Below are positions 40,201-50,184 of a stretch of 64,000 nt of DNA, in pieces. Within the stretch, counting starts at the first letter, position 1, and every line of letters begins with the position of its first letter. The notes below the pieces were generated by a model that did no database searches, was not told where the DNA came from, and was given only the letters and a program-made list of their open reading frames with translations. The stretch comes from Cycas panzhihuaensis (taxonomy: Eukaryota > Plantae > Cycadophyta): NCBI GenBank assembly GCA_023213395.1, contig CM041465.1:247573741-247637740 (forward strand). Direction: 5' to 3'. A program made the translations under genes and the position numbers.

Positions 40201-40957
40201 ATCAAAGCTGCAATAAAATAAAATGGGTGTATGTTGTATGCATTCTTGCTATTAATAATAACAGTCTCTTTGAATCACAGAACAATAACACACAAGAAGC
40301 ATGTACAACCATGGTTGGTAATGCCTTAGGGTTTTAACGATAGGAATAAGAGTAGCATGGAACAATGATTTACACCACAAAAATAGGCCACAAAGATGGA
40401 ACATGCACAGGCCACAGAGAATTCAGCATGTAATAAGGGCATAATTGCATGAACGAGTGCCACACAGGAACATAAAAGCGAACTACGAACAAACCACTCA
40501 CCATCAATAACAACTAGGGTTTTTTTAGGAAGAGCAAGCTATCGAATGAGGCACACAGGTTTTCAATCATTGCCTGGCTTTACATTGAACTTCTTGAAAA
40601 TCTTCCTCCGTAGGATTACAGTATCCCGTTCTGATACCATGTTGGAACTTGCATGTTCTAACATAATATTAATGAAAATAAAATGAACATGACAATACTC
40701 CATAGAAAAATACCTAGATCATAAATGGTATCAAATGATACCTTCAGTGTATTGACAGAACAAAATAATAATACAAAATGATCCCACATGATGTGACCAT
40801 GTTCAAATGCTAACATGATGATGCCTTTATATACTACAAACTTATATTTGTGTGGGACCCACCACTTTGTGGTTGACTTGGTCAAATGTGCATTACCTAG
40901 TCAACTATGCATAATACATTATTATTCCAATACCCTCCCTTAATGCACATTTCAACA
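37283..40957 (-). mobile_element. Nested gag-only non-autonomous LTR element (TR-GAG type), LTRs 40640-40957 and 37283-37569
   Basis: LTR pair; TSD GTTCT/ATTCT; PBS TGGTATCAGAAC 40628-40639; PPT AAGGGGGAG; Copia gag N-terminus (ENYLQWSRKLRSVF..TWNILKGKF) plus acidic tail ~37670-38850; no pol. Confidence 0.85.
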
Positions 40958-42201
40958 ATTCTCTGCTAAAAAATGTCTTCTTTTGATTCTTCCATTGCTT
41001 TTAAAGACCACTTAGGTTGTCCTTTTTCAGTTTGGATAGTCTCTCTTTGTTGTTCTCTTGGAGAATCATTTTTTTTGTTCTCTTACCTTGTGAGAACTAT
41101 TGTCTGGGACATTTTCTTCATGAGATGTTACTTCTTTATTAGGAATTCCTATTATTTCTTCCTGAATTATCTTTCCTTTTGAGGTACTTACTTGATCATT
41201 TTCTATTGAGGTCTAATAAAAAATGACATCTTTGCTGACATAAATTCTATTTGTTCTTGGATCTATACACTTGTATGCTTTGGATTTGTCACTGTATCTA
41301 ATCATAATACATTTAATGCTTTCATCATCTAATTTAAACCCCTTTGATTAGGAATATGTACATAGGAAATACTCCAAAAAACCCTATGATGATTCACATC
41401 AGATTTTTTGCTTGATCAAGCTTTTTCTAGAGTGAGCTTCTCAAGAGTTTTTGTGGGGCTTCTATTTATAAGATATACAATTGTATTAATAGCTTTGACC
41501 CAATATGCATTGGATACTCCTCTTTCTTTTATCACACACTCGACCATTTCGATTATGGTTCTATTCATTCTCTCTGCTACTCTGTTTCATTGTGGAGTAT
41601 GTTAAACCTTATGTTTACATGTTAAGCAATGTACTTTATAATGTTTAATTATTTGCATTTCATATAAGGGTGACTTATCACTTAAGTGATAAAGTGCACA
41701 CCCACATTCTTTCTAGTGACATAACATTGTAACTTGAGGGTCAAAGTGATCCTTATGCATTTTTGCTCACAAGAGAGCCCAAGGACACTTGTCCTACATG
41801 TAAAAGGTGTAGCTTAGATGTTTGACATTTATCAAACATCAAGCCCCTTAGGTCTCTCCTCCAACTATATATATTGAGACAAATTCTCATGTATTTCATG
41901 TGGAGAGTGAGTAGTATTGTTATGCTGCCAGTTTGCTAATCAAGCATTCATTCTTATTTGGAGATTGGACCAATTCTTTCTCCTCCATATTGGTATTCTT
42001 ATGTTTGTGTTTTTTAGGCTTATGCTTGCATATAGCGCTTATTTCAATATTTGCTTTCATAGATGCTAATCATCATATTTATAAGTAGATCTATCCTCTC
42101 CTTAAGATCCTTATGTTCATAGGCTTAATGCCAATTTCCAACATTTGGTATTAGAGCTGAGGCTAGTGTTTGAATCACCTCGAGTTTGGCGTGGGAACGG
42201 G

Positions 42202-42364
42202 TGTTGTATTATCCCGTCAGTCCCTCAGGTGTTTCCAACTCGTCCTTAACCAACTTCATGGGTGTCCTGAACCTAGGTTGAGCCTGGCATGTCTGTGGGT
42301 TGTGGTGGGATCAATTCCACGGAGGTCTTTTGGTTTAATGGCAAGTCCAACATGGTATCAGAGC
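42202..42364 (+). mobile_element. Embedded TRIM-like mini-LTR (42202-42352, TGTTG..CAACA) with its own iMet PBS (42353-42364)
   Basis: Preceded by purine-rich GTGGGAACGGG and followed by a perfect TGGTATCAGAGC; unrelated in sequence to the outer LTRs. Confidence 0.7.
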
Positions 42365-43318
42365 ATCTTGGAGGCTTTTGAGCTACATGATGAAATGCTC
42401 AGAAAGGGAATTGTGCACAACAGTTATACTTACAATGTGCTTATTGATGGATGCTGCAAGGAAGGAAATATGCCAAAAGTTGTCAAACAACTTGATGAAA
42501 TGGTAGAAAAGGGGTTTTCCTTGGGTCTTGTTACATGGAATACACTGATCCATGGTTTTTGTAAGTTGGGTAATATGCAGGAGGTTAATCAACTCTTGAA
42601 GGTGAAGGTAAATAAGGATTTGGTACCTAATCATGTTACCTATACCACCATGATTGATGGACACTGCAAGGCAAGTAATATGCAGGAGGCATGTAAGCTA
42701 TTGAGGGAAATGTTGGAGAAGGGCCTGATGCCAGATGATATCGCATACACAACATTGATTGACGGGCACAAGAAAGAAGGTAATATGATTGAGGCCTACA
42801 AGTTGTTCAATGAAATGATGGAAAAGGGCATCATGCCTGATGTTGTCACTTACAATGTCTTGATCCATGCTCACTGCAAAGAAGGAACCATGATGGAGGC
42901 TTTTAAATTGCGTAATGAAATGTTGGAAAAAGGCATCACACCAAGTGTTGTTACCTACAATGTACTTCTCCATGCCCACTGCAATGAAGGAAGAATGCTA
43001 AAGGCTTTGAAACTCCTTGATGAAATGGTGGAAAGAGGTGTTGCACTTGGTATTATTACTTATAACACATTGATTTACATCTTTTGTAAGGTAGGCAATA
43101 TGGGTGAGGCTATTTGGGTCAAGAGGATTCTTGTAGAGCTTGGACTTGAGCAGGATCACCCCACCATTCTTTATTGCGACAATCAAAGTGTGTTCAAGTT
43201 AACCAAGAATCCAATTTTTCATGTAAGGACCAAGCACATAGAGTTTCACCACCACTGCATCAGGGAGCATGTTCAAAAAGGTGATATCAACCTCTTCTAT
43301 AGGCCCATGGACCAGTAG
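42338..43318 (+). CDS. Chimeric ORF: P-class pentatricopeptide repeats (6 full + 2 half motifs) fused to the Copia RNase H C-terminus; 326 aa from first ATG (frame open from 42170); expression unknown
   Basis: 35-aa motifs (VTYNVLIHAHCKEG..EAFKL.NEMLEKGI.P) at 42365-43111, then IWVKRIL..LYCDNQS..RTKHIE; no introns, stops or frameshifts until TAG at 43316. Confidence 0.8.
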   Translation: MASPTWYQSILEAFELHDEMLRKGIVHNSYTYNVLIDGCCKEGNMPKVVKQLDEMVEKGFSLGLVTWNTLIHGFCKLGNMQEVNQLLKVKVNKDLVPNHVTYTTMIDGHCKASNMQEACKLLREMLEKGLMPDDIAYTTLIDGHKKEGNMIEAYKLFNEMMEKGIMPDVVTYNVLIHAHCKEGTMMEAFKLRNEMLEKGITPSVVTYNVLLHAHCNEGRMLKALKLLDEMVERGVALGIITYNTLIYIFCKVGNMGEAIWVKRILVELGLEQDHPTILYCDNQSVFKLTKNPIFHVRTKHIEFHHHCIREHVQKGDINLFYRPMDQ

Positions 43319-46300
43319 ACAACAAATATCTTTACCAAACCACTTGGTAGAGAAAAGTTAGAAAAATTTAGAGATGATCTTGGTGTTCGACTTGACATTG
43401 TAAATAGTAAGGGGGGGTGTTAAACCTTATGTTTACATGTTAAGCATTATACTTTATAAAGTTTCATTATTTGTACTTTATGTAAGGGTGACTTATCACT
43501 TATGTGATAAAGTGCATACCCACACTCTTTCTAGTGACATAACGTTGTAACTTAAGGGTCAAAGTGACCTTTATGTACTTTTGCTCACAAGAGAGCCCAA
43601 AGGACACTTGTCCTACATGCAAAAGGTGTAGCTTGGATGCTTGACACTTGTCAAACATCCAACCCCTTAGGTCTTTTCTCCAACTCTATATATTGAGACC
43701 AATTCTCATGTATTTCATGTGGATAATGGGTAGTATTATTGTGCTGCTAGTTTGCTAATCAAGCATTCATTCTTATTTGGAGATTGGACCAATTCCTTCT
43801 CCTCCATATTGGTATTCTTATGCTTGTGCTTTTTATGCTTATGCTTGCTTATAGTGCTCATTTCAATATTTGCTTTCATAAATGCTAATCATCTCATTTA
43901 TAAGCAGATCTTTCCTCTCCTTAAGATCCTTAAGTTCATAGGCTTAATGCCCATTCCCAACAGGGTATAGGGAGTAGTAAGTTGGTTATGAATACCATGC
44001 ATCTTACAAAAATGGAAGAAATCATTTGAGATGTATTCCCCTCCTCCATCTATTCCAAGAATTTCGATTTTATGTCCACTTTCTAACTCAACCTGGCTTT
44101 TGAATTCTTCAAAAATATCAAAGACTTCTAATGTGTTGAAGATAAAGAAACCCCAAGCCTTCTTACTAAAGTCATCTATGAAGGTAAGTAAATACCTAGC
44201 CCCATTAACAAAGTTTGGTGTTATTCTTCCACATATATCACTATGAATTGATTCCAATTTTTCTCGTGCTTTCCAGGTACTTTCTTAAAACTCAGATTTG
44301 TATTGTTTTCCCAATATACAACCTTTGCAAATAGACAAACTAAAGAAAATATCTAGTAATCCATTTACCATATTTAGTTTTTTTAGCATTTTTAATCTAT
44401 TGTTTGCAATATGTCCATACCAAAATGCCATATTTCATTAGTAGAGCTACGAACAACAAGAAACTGTATAGGAAGAGGTTGAACAGTGGAAGATTGAATA
44501 GGAGTAGAGACTAACTTATAAAGATTATCTATCTCTATCCTTTTTGTAATTACAATGCCATTTTGCTTCATATCACAGATGTAACATTTGCCATCTTCAT
44601 AAAAAATGACAGTTTTTTCTTTCTTAGTTGAAATACAGAAAGAAGGTTTTTCCTTAACCCGGGGACAAATAAAACATTACCAATCTTTTTTACTTTCTCA
44701 TTGATCATTACTGCTATGGTTTCTTTGCCTTTTATGCATAGAAGAAAGTTGTCTCCAAGTTTTATCACCTTGCTGGAAAGATATGGATGAAGAGTTTTGA
44801 ACCGGTCCTTTCTTCTTGTCATGTGATTTGAGGCCCCTGAGTCTATCAACCAGTCCTCGTTGTTTCAAACACAAGAGGCTAGAGTAGTAATGAAGGTCGT
44901 TTCTTCTTTCTCTTCTTTCGATCGCTCATTACTGTAGTTACCTTCGACTCACTTTCCTTTGTAGATCTCTAACCAACTTTGCGGTCAGTTGCTAGCAAGA
45001 TGTCTAGGTCTTCCATAATGATAACAGGTTCAAGTATCTATTGATCTATAGTCACTGGCAAGATGTCCTTGTCTTCCACAGAGGTAACAAATTCGAGTAT
45101 TTGTCGGTCTACCTCTTGTATTTGGTAATCTTCCTCTTATAGATCTCCCTCTACATCTTGAGATGCTTTTGGATTGTCCTCTTTCTCCAATACTTAATCT
45201 AGAGACGAAAGCTTCTTCAATCTCAGTTTGTTCTTTATATCTTCTTATTCTTTGTTCTTGCTACAACAAATGTCCACACAGAGTATCAAAGGACATACTC
45301 CCAGCTTGTCCTCTTGTAGTGAGAGTATTGACAGGATTATCAAGTGATTTTGGCAGCTTGTTAAGGGTGAGGTGAACAAGTTTTGTATTGGACACTGTTT
45401 TACCAACAGAAGCCAGGCTATCTTTTATTTCTACAACTTTGGTGATGAATTTTGAGACTGGTTCTCCCTCCTTCAAATGTAGCCGATGTAATTGTTCTCT
45501 CAAGGTAATTATTCTAGCTTTATTTTTTTGACTGTATAAGGAAGATAGGGTCTTCTAGGCTTCTACAGATGAAGACACCTCACTAATGTGAGTAAGTAGG
45601 GAGTCTCCTATAGATAGGGCAATTGTTGCATGAGCATGTCTATCCCTTTTTTCCTAACTTGCAAGCTTGACAGTGTTAGTAGCACCTAGTTTTTCTTCTT
45701 TTCCTATGACAAGGTCCCATGCATTTTTAGCAACTAGAAGGCCCTTCATTTAAATTCTCCAAGCACTATGATTTTGACATGTTAATTTGTTAGAGTTTCC
45801 CAAAGAATAAATAGAGGCCATTTTGATTAGAGAAAGGGCAAGAGATTATATGAAATTGTTCTGTACTAGGAACAAACCGAAATTGTACAATCATATGATT
45901 ATAGGAAAAAAGTGCAGTGGTATGGTCACCCAAGAAAACTCTTCCAAATTAAAGACCTTTGTAGCACCTTTCCAAATCTACAAATGATTTTTCAATCAGT
46001 CTTGTAGTTTGTCCAAAAGCTAGCTTGAAAGACAAAATGGTTGCTAGGCTTTAAAATGTTTTTTTTGCTCATATCTTAAAAAAATCACAAAAATACCTTG
46101 CAAATCCATACTTGATGGAAAGCTTGCATCATAATGAAGAGGTCAAGACTAAATTCAAGCACTAAAACAAAAACTTTTGACAGAAATCAATAGAGGAAGG
46201 TTCAAATCCACACCCACGTTTTTTGATAGTTCCGTGCCTATAGAAATCGAATTTGAAGATGATGCTTTGGAACAACAGATTCCCCACAGAAGGACACCCA

Positions 46301-47169
46301 AGCTGGTAAACTTTTGTTGCAATCCGAGCACTTCAAATTTTGTTCGCACAGGACTGTACAGATTCGAACAAGCAAGCGTACAACAGTCCATGCACCATCT
46401 TTAGGGTTTAAACAATAGAACAAAAAAAATTCATAGGTGATGAAGAGATTTTCTCTTTAAATTTTTGAGTTTTCTCTTCAGGTTTCTCCATAGATCTTAA
46501 TTTTTTAAAACTAGTCTTGCTAGGATGCCCTATCAAACCTACTGTGATACCATGCTGAAAACATAATCTGAACAGAAGAGGCCTTTTTCATGAATGATAG
46601 GTGAGAGTCTCTCACACATATAAATGCATCAAGTTTACAAGAGAGATCTAGTACATGTAGGCCAAATGTTGGTTTAAGAACGATGAAGGGTCACCACATG
46701 ACACTTGATTTTAATTAAGAGACCCTAGTGTACTTTATGAATAAAACATAGGATAGAACATTAATATTTCAACACCTCCATTTCATATGTGACCCATCTT
46801 GTAGATGTGTTCTTCTATGAGTTTTTGTAGCACCAATTATGCCCAGAGAGTTGTTCCTGTTTGTCCTAAATGTGGGCATATGTGTATAGCTTCCATATTG
46901 ATGAGAGTGAGTTCTAATTTGGATGGGTGTTTGTTCCTTTTTTGAGGCATATCAGCCTTGATGTAGTCTTGGGCTATGTTTTGTACTGTTGGATTAAAAC
47001 TTGAAATCCTTTTCATGGTACTTATCCTTTCCTTCTAAGTTTGCCCCCCCAGTGTTGGTGTAGTTTTCATTCTAAATATATTTTGAGATGGTTTGTTTCA
47101 TTTTGGCATTCTCCCTTCAAATTTTTCCATCTATTTAGTCCGTGTAAGATCCATTTGTCTTGTGTTCTT

Positions 47170-47680
47170 TATCAAATGGATGTCAAAAGTGCCTTTCTCA
47201 ACGGTGATTTGACTGAGGAGGTATATTTGGAACAACCTCTTAGGTACATTTTAGATGGTAATGAGCATTTTGTTTATTGCCTTGAAAAGGCCTTGTATGG
47301 TATAAAATAGGCGCCACGTGCTTGGTATTCTAAACTTGATGAGTACTTCTTGAAACATAATTTTCATCGATCCACATTTGACTTGAACTTATAGATCAAG
47401 GTTCAACAGCAACACATCACTCTTATCATATTGTATGTAGATGATCTGATCATTACTGACAATAATGTTGCCATGATAGAAAGTTTTCAAGGGGACTTAA
47501 AGAGAAGTTTTGAGATGATTGATCTTAGACTTGTTCATTACTTTCTCGGCATGGAGGTGTGACAACAACCAGGCAACATTTTCATATTTCAAGCCAAGTA
47601 CACTTGGGACATTTTGCAGCGATTCAGAATGAAGGATTGCAAATCATCACCAATCCCTATGGAGACAGGCACAAAATTAT
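47170..47680 (+). pseudogene. Copia RT fragment
   Basis: YQMDVKSAFLNGDL..KALYG..LYVDDL..GTKLS, similar to the RT copies at 14.5, 21 and 30 kb. Confidence 0.85.
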
Positions 47681-49261
47681 CATATTATCTCTTTTGTCTT
47701 TTGTGCCTTTTTCACGTGTTATGTGAAAAAGTCAACATTGGATGGCTAACACTTGTCAGCATCCTCCTATACTGAGAAAGTAAAGTTTTACTCAGTTTTG
47801 TCTTCTTCTCGTGATCTATGACGTGTTACAATCTTGTACATTTAAACTCCTATATAAGGAGTGATGCTTCCTTTGTATTTCCTGTAGTTTCTAAGTTAGT
47901 GTTATGTTGTAGAAGTTATTTTGGTAGGTTGAGTAGTAGAGTAATTCTCCTCCCTATCCATTGTTATATTGTGTGTCTTATACTTCCTTTGTCATTCTTT
48001 TAATGAGAGTTTCATGTTTGTATGCCCATGATTTTTCCTCTCTGTCTCCTTAATTGATCTTGTTATGCTATTGCATTATTTCATTTTTGGTATTAGAGCA
48101 AGTTGTTGAGGAGCTAAAGAAGGCATCTATTCTCTAGTTTTGGTGACAACCTTCGCATTACGAAGGCAATCCAATAAAAGTCTTATTCAATTTTATAAAT
48201 TATTGCAATTTCAAAAAGCAATTTTTTGAATATTTTTTAATGCTAAAAAAACTTTGTTCTCATGTATTTTTTATAAGAAACTTGCAATAATTGATAATTG
48301 CAAAGTTTACAGAATTTTGCATATGCAAGGACTTCACCATAAAACCAACTGTGAACTTTATCAATATTAAGTTTCACAAAACATTTATCAATCTACTTCA
48401 AAATCTAGCCCTCGACAAGTTTTGAGGGCTTGATTTTGAAGTAGATTGATAAATGTTTTCTGAAATTTAATACTGATAAAACTCACAATTAGTTTTATGG
48501 TGAAGTCCTTGCATATGCAAAATTCTGCAAACTTTGCAATTATTAATTATTACAAGTTTCTTATCAAAAATACGTGAGAACAAAGCTTTCTTAGTATTAA
48601 AAAATTTCAAAAAATTGCTTTTTGAAATTACAACAGTTGATAATATTGAATAAGACTCTCCTTGGATTGCCTTCGTAAGGCGAAGGTTGTCACCAAGACA
48701 AAAGAATCGATACCTTCTTCAACTCCTCGACAACTTGCTTTGATACCAAAATAAAAGAATGTTATAGCATAATAGGATCTATTGAGCAGACAAAGAGGAC
48801 AAATCATGAACATATAAAGATGAAACTCTCCTTAAATGTTTGATAAAACAAGCATAAGATACATGACATAATAATGGATAGGGAGGAGAATTATTCTGCT
48901 GCTTAACCTACCAGAATAGTTTCAGCATCATAACACTAACTTAGAAACTACAGGCAATACAAGGAAGTATCATTCCCTATATAGGAATTTGAATGTACAA
49001 GATTGTGACACATGTGACAGATAAGGAGAAGAAGACAAAACTGAGTAAAACTCTACTTCCTAAGTGTATGAGGATGGTGACAAGTGTTAGCCATTTAAAG
49101 TTGGCTTTTTCACAGAGCACATGTAAAAGTCATAAAAGACAAAAGAAGTAATGTGACAATTTAAAAATAAAACAAAAGAGTACTTCAACATAAAGCATAA
49201 AGTGCTAAAATACAAATATACATGGTCAATATTTAATGCTTAGAACATGAAGATTTTAACA
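47674..49261. repeat. Large imperfect palindrome: two head-to-head LTR+PBS+leader copies (arms ~47674-48413 and 48424-~49160; the right LTR continues to 49261)
   Basis: PBS TGGTATTAGAGC 48088-48099 (+) and TGGTATCAAAGC 48737-48748 (-); arms are reverse complements (~85% by eye) around AGCCCTC-10 nt-GAGGGCT. Confidence 0.9.
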
Positions 49262-50111
49262 CTTGCATTTGATTTCATCAAACCTTTTTGTTGGAATATT
49301 AATGCACATTTGTTTTGTCCCACATGCAAGTGGGTCCACTCTCACTATATTGACAAGTATTATAAATATACAACATAGTGTATCATATGATAATCTGTTG
49401 TAAGGATGTTTTGTTAATATAATTTGAGGTACCTTAAGGGTACCGTTCGATCCTGGAGGTGTTTTTGTATCTGTTTGTGAATATCTTATTGCAGGTTTGA
49501 TTTCTAACATGGTATCAGGGCTGAGGTCAAAACAAGGCTTGTTCGTGGGAAGGATCTTGTTCGTTGAAAGGATTTGATCATTTGCAGGCCTGTTGAAACA
49601 GATTGTGGGTCAAAGTAATACAGCTCGTAGTTTATCATCCAAGTCCAAGCCACCGTAAAGGGTTTTAAAGTCCCTATTTGTAAATTAAGCCGCCGCGAAG
49701 GGTTTCAATGTGTCGCCAGTAGATTGCCCTGCACCTGAGTTGTCCTGTGTCTCAGTTGTGCCTTTTCTATTCATTGTGAAGCCGTGATCTACAATCAAAG
49801 GTTTTGTTGCCCGTTCTAAGATTTGCACTCGATAAGAACATCAACGTGAATCAACATGTCTGTTCCTGCCCTCAATATTGCTCAATCGTAAGCTGGTGAA
49901 ACACACAGTTGTAGAAAGCTAGTCACAACTGCAGAAGAAACTCAAGGAAGCCTCACAATTTTTTATCGCAGATGTTGCCACAGAAGAATAGAGGCACCAC
50001 AAGAATGATGTATAGTCGGGCTGCACAAAGGTATTTCATTCCATATTTAATCGCCTATTGATACTTCATTCAAACCGTCATAGTTGATGATGAGTATTAA
50101 GTCGCATCTGA

Positions 50112-50114
<3 letters not shown>

Positions 50115-50182
<68 letters not shown>
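50115..50182. repeat. (AT)n microsatellite, ~34 units
   Basis: Direct read. Confidence 0.97.

Positions 50183-50184
<2 letters not shown>

Larger units (their letters stand above)
41600..43962 (+). mobile_element. Non-autonomous Copia-LTR element carrying a captured PPR sequence (LTRs 41600-42143 and 43418-43962)
   Basis: ~544-bp TG..CA LTRs (~90% identical by eye); TSD GAGTA/GGGTA; PBS 42146-42157; PPT 43409-43417; the flanks rejoin to the host Copia integrase HNQLTTPYT|PQ*NRVAERMNRT. Confidence 0.93.
35476..46774 (-). mobile_element. Full-length decayed Copia element (222-bp LTRs 46553-46774 and 35476-35697) hosting two nested insertions
   Basis: TG..CA LTR pair; TSD CCTCT/CCTCC; PBS 46541-46552; PPT at ~35698-35706; gag 45261-45503; protease IDSGASNHM 44568-44849; integrase 43898-44257; RT 36767-37189. 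Confidence 0.92.

Noticed and set aside
42170-43318. ORF as a native host PPR gene nested in the intron
   Set aside because: It lies between paired LTRs with PBS, PPT and TSD, has no transit peptide, starts and ends mid-motif, and ends in Copia RNase H
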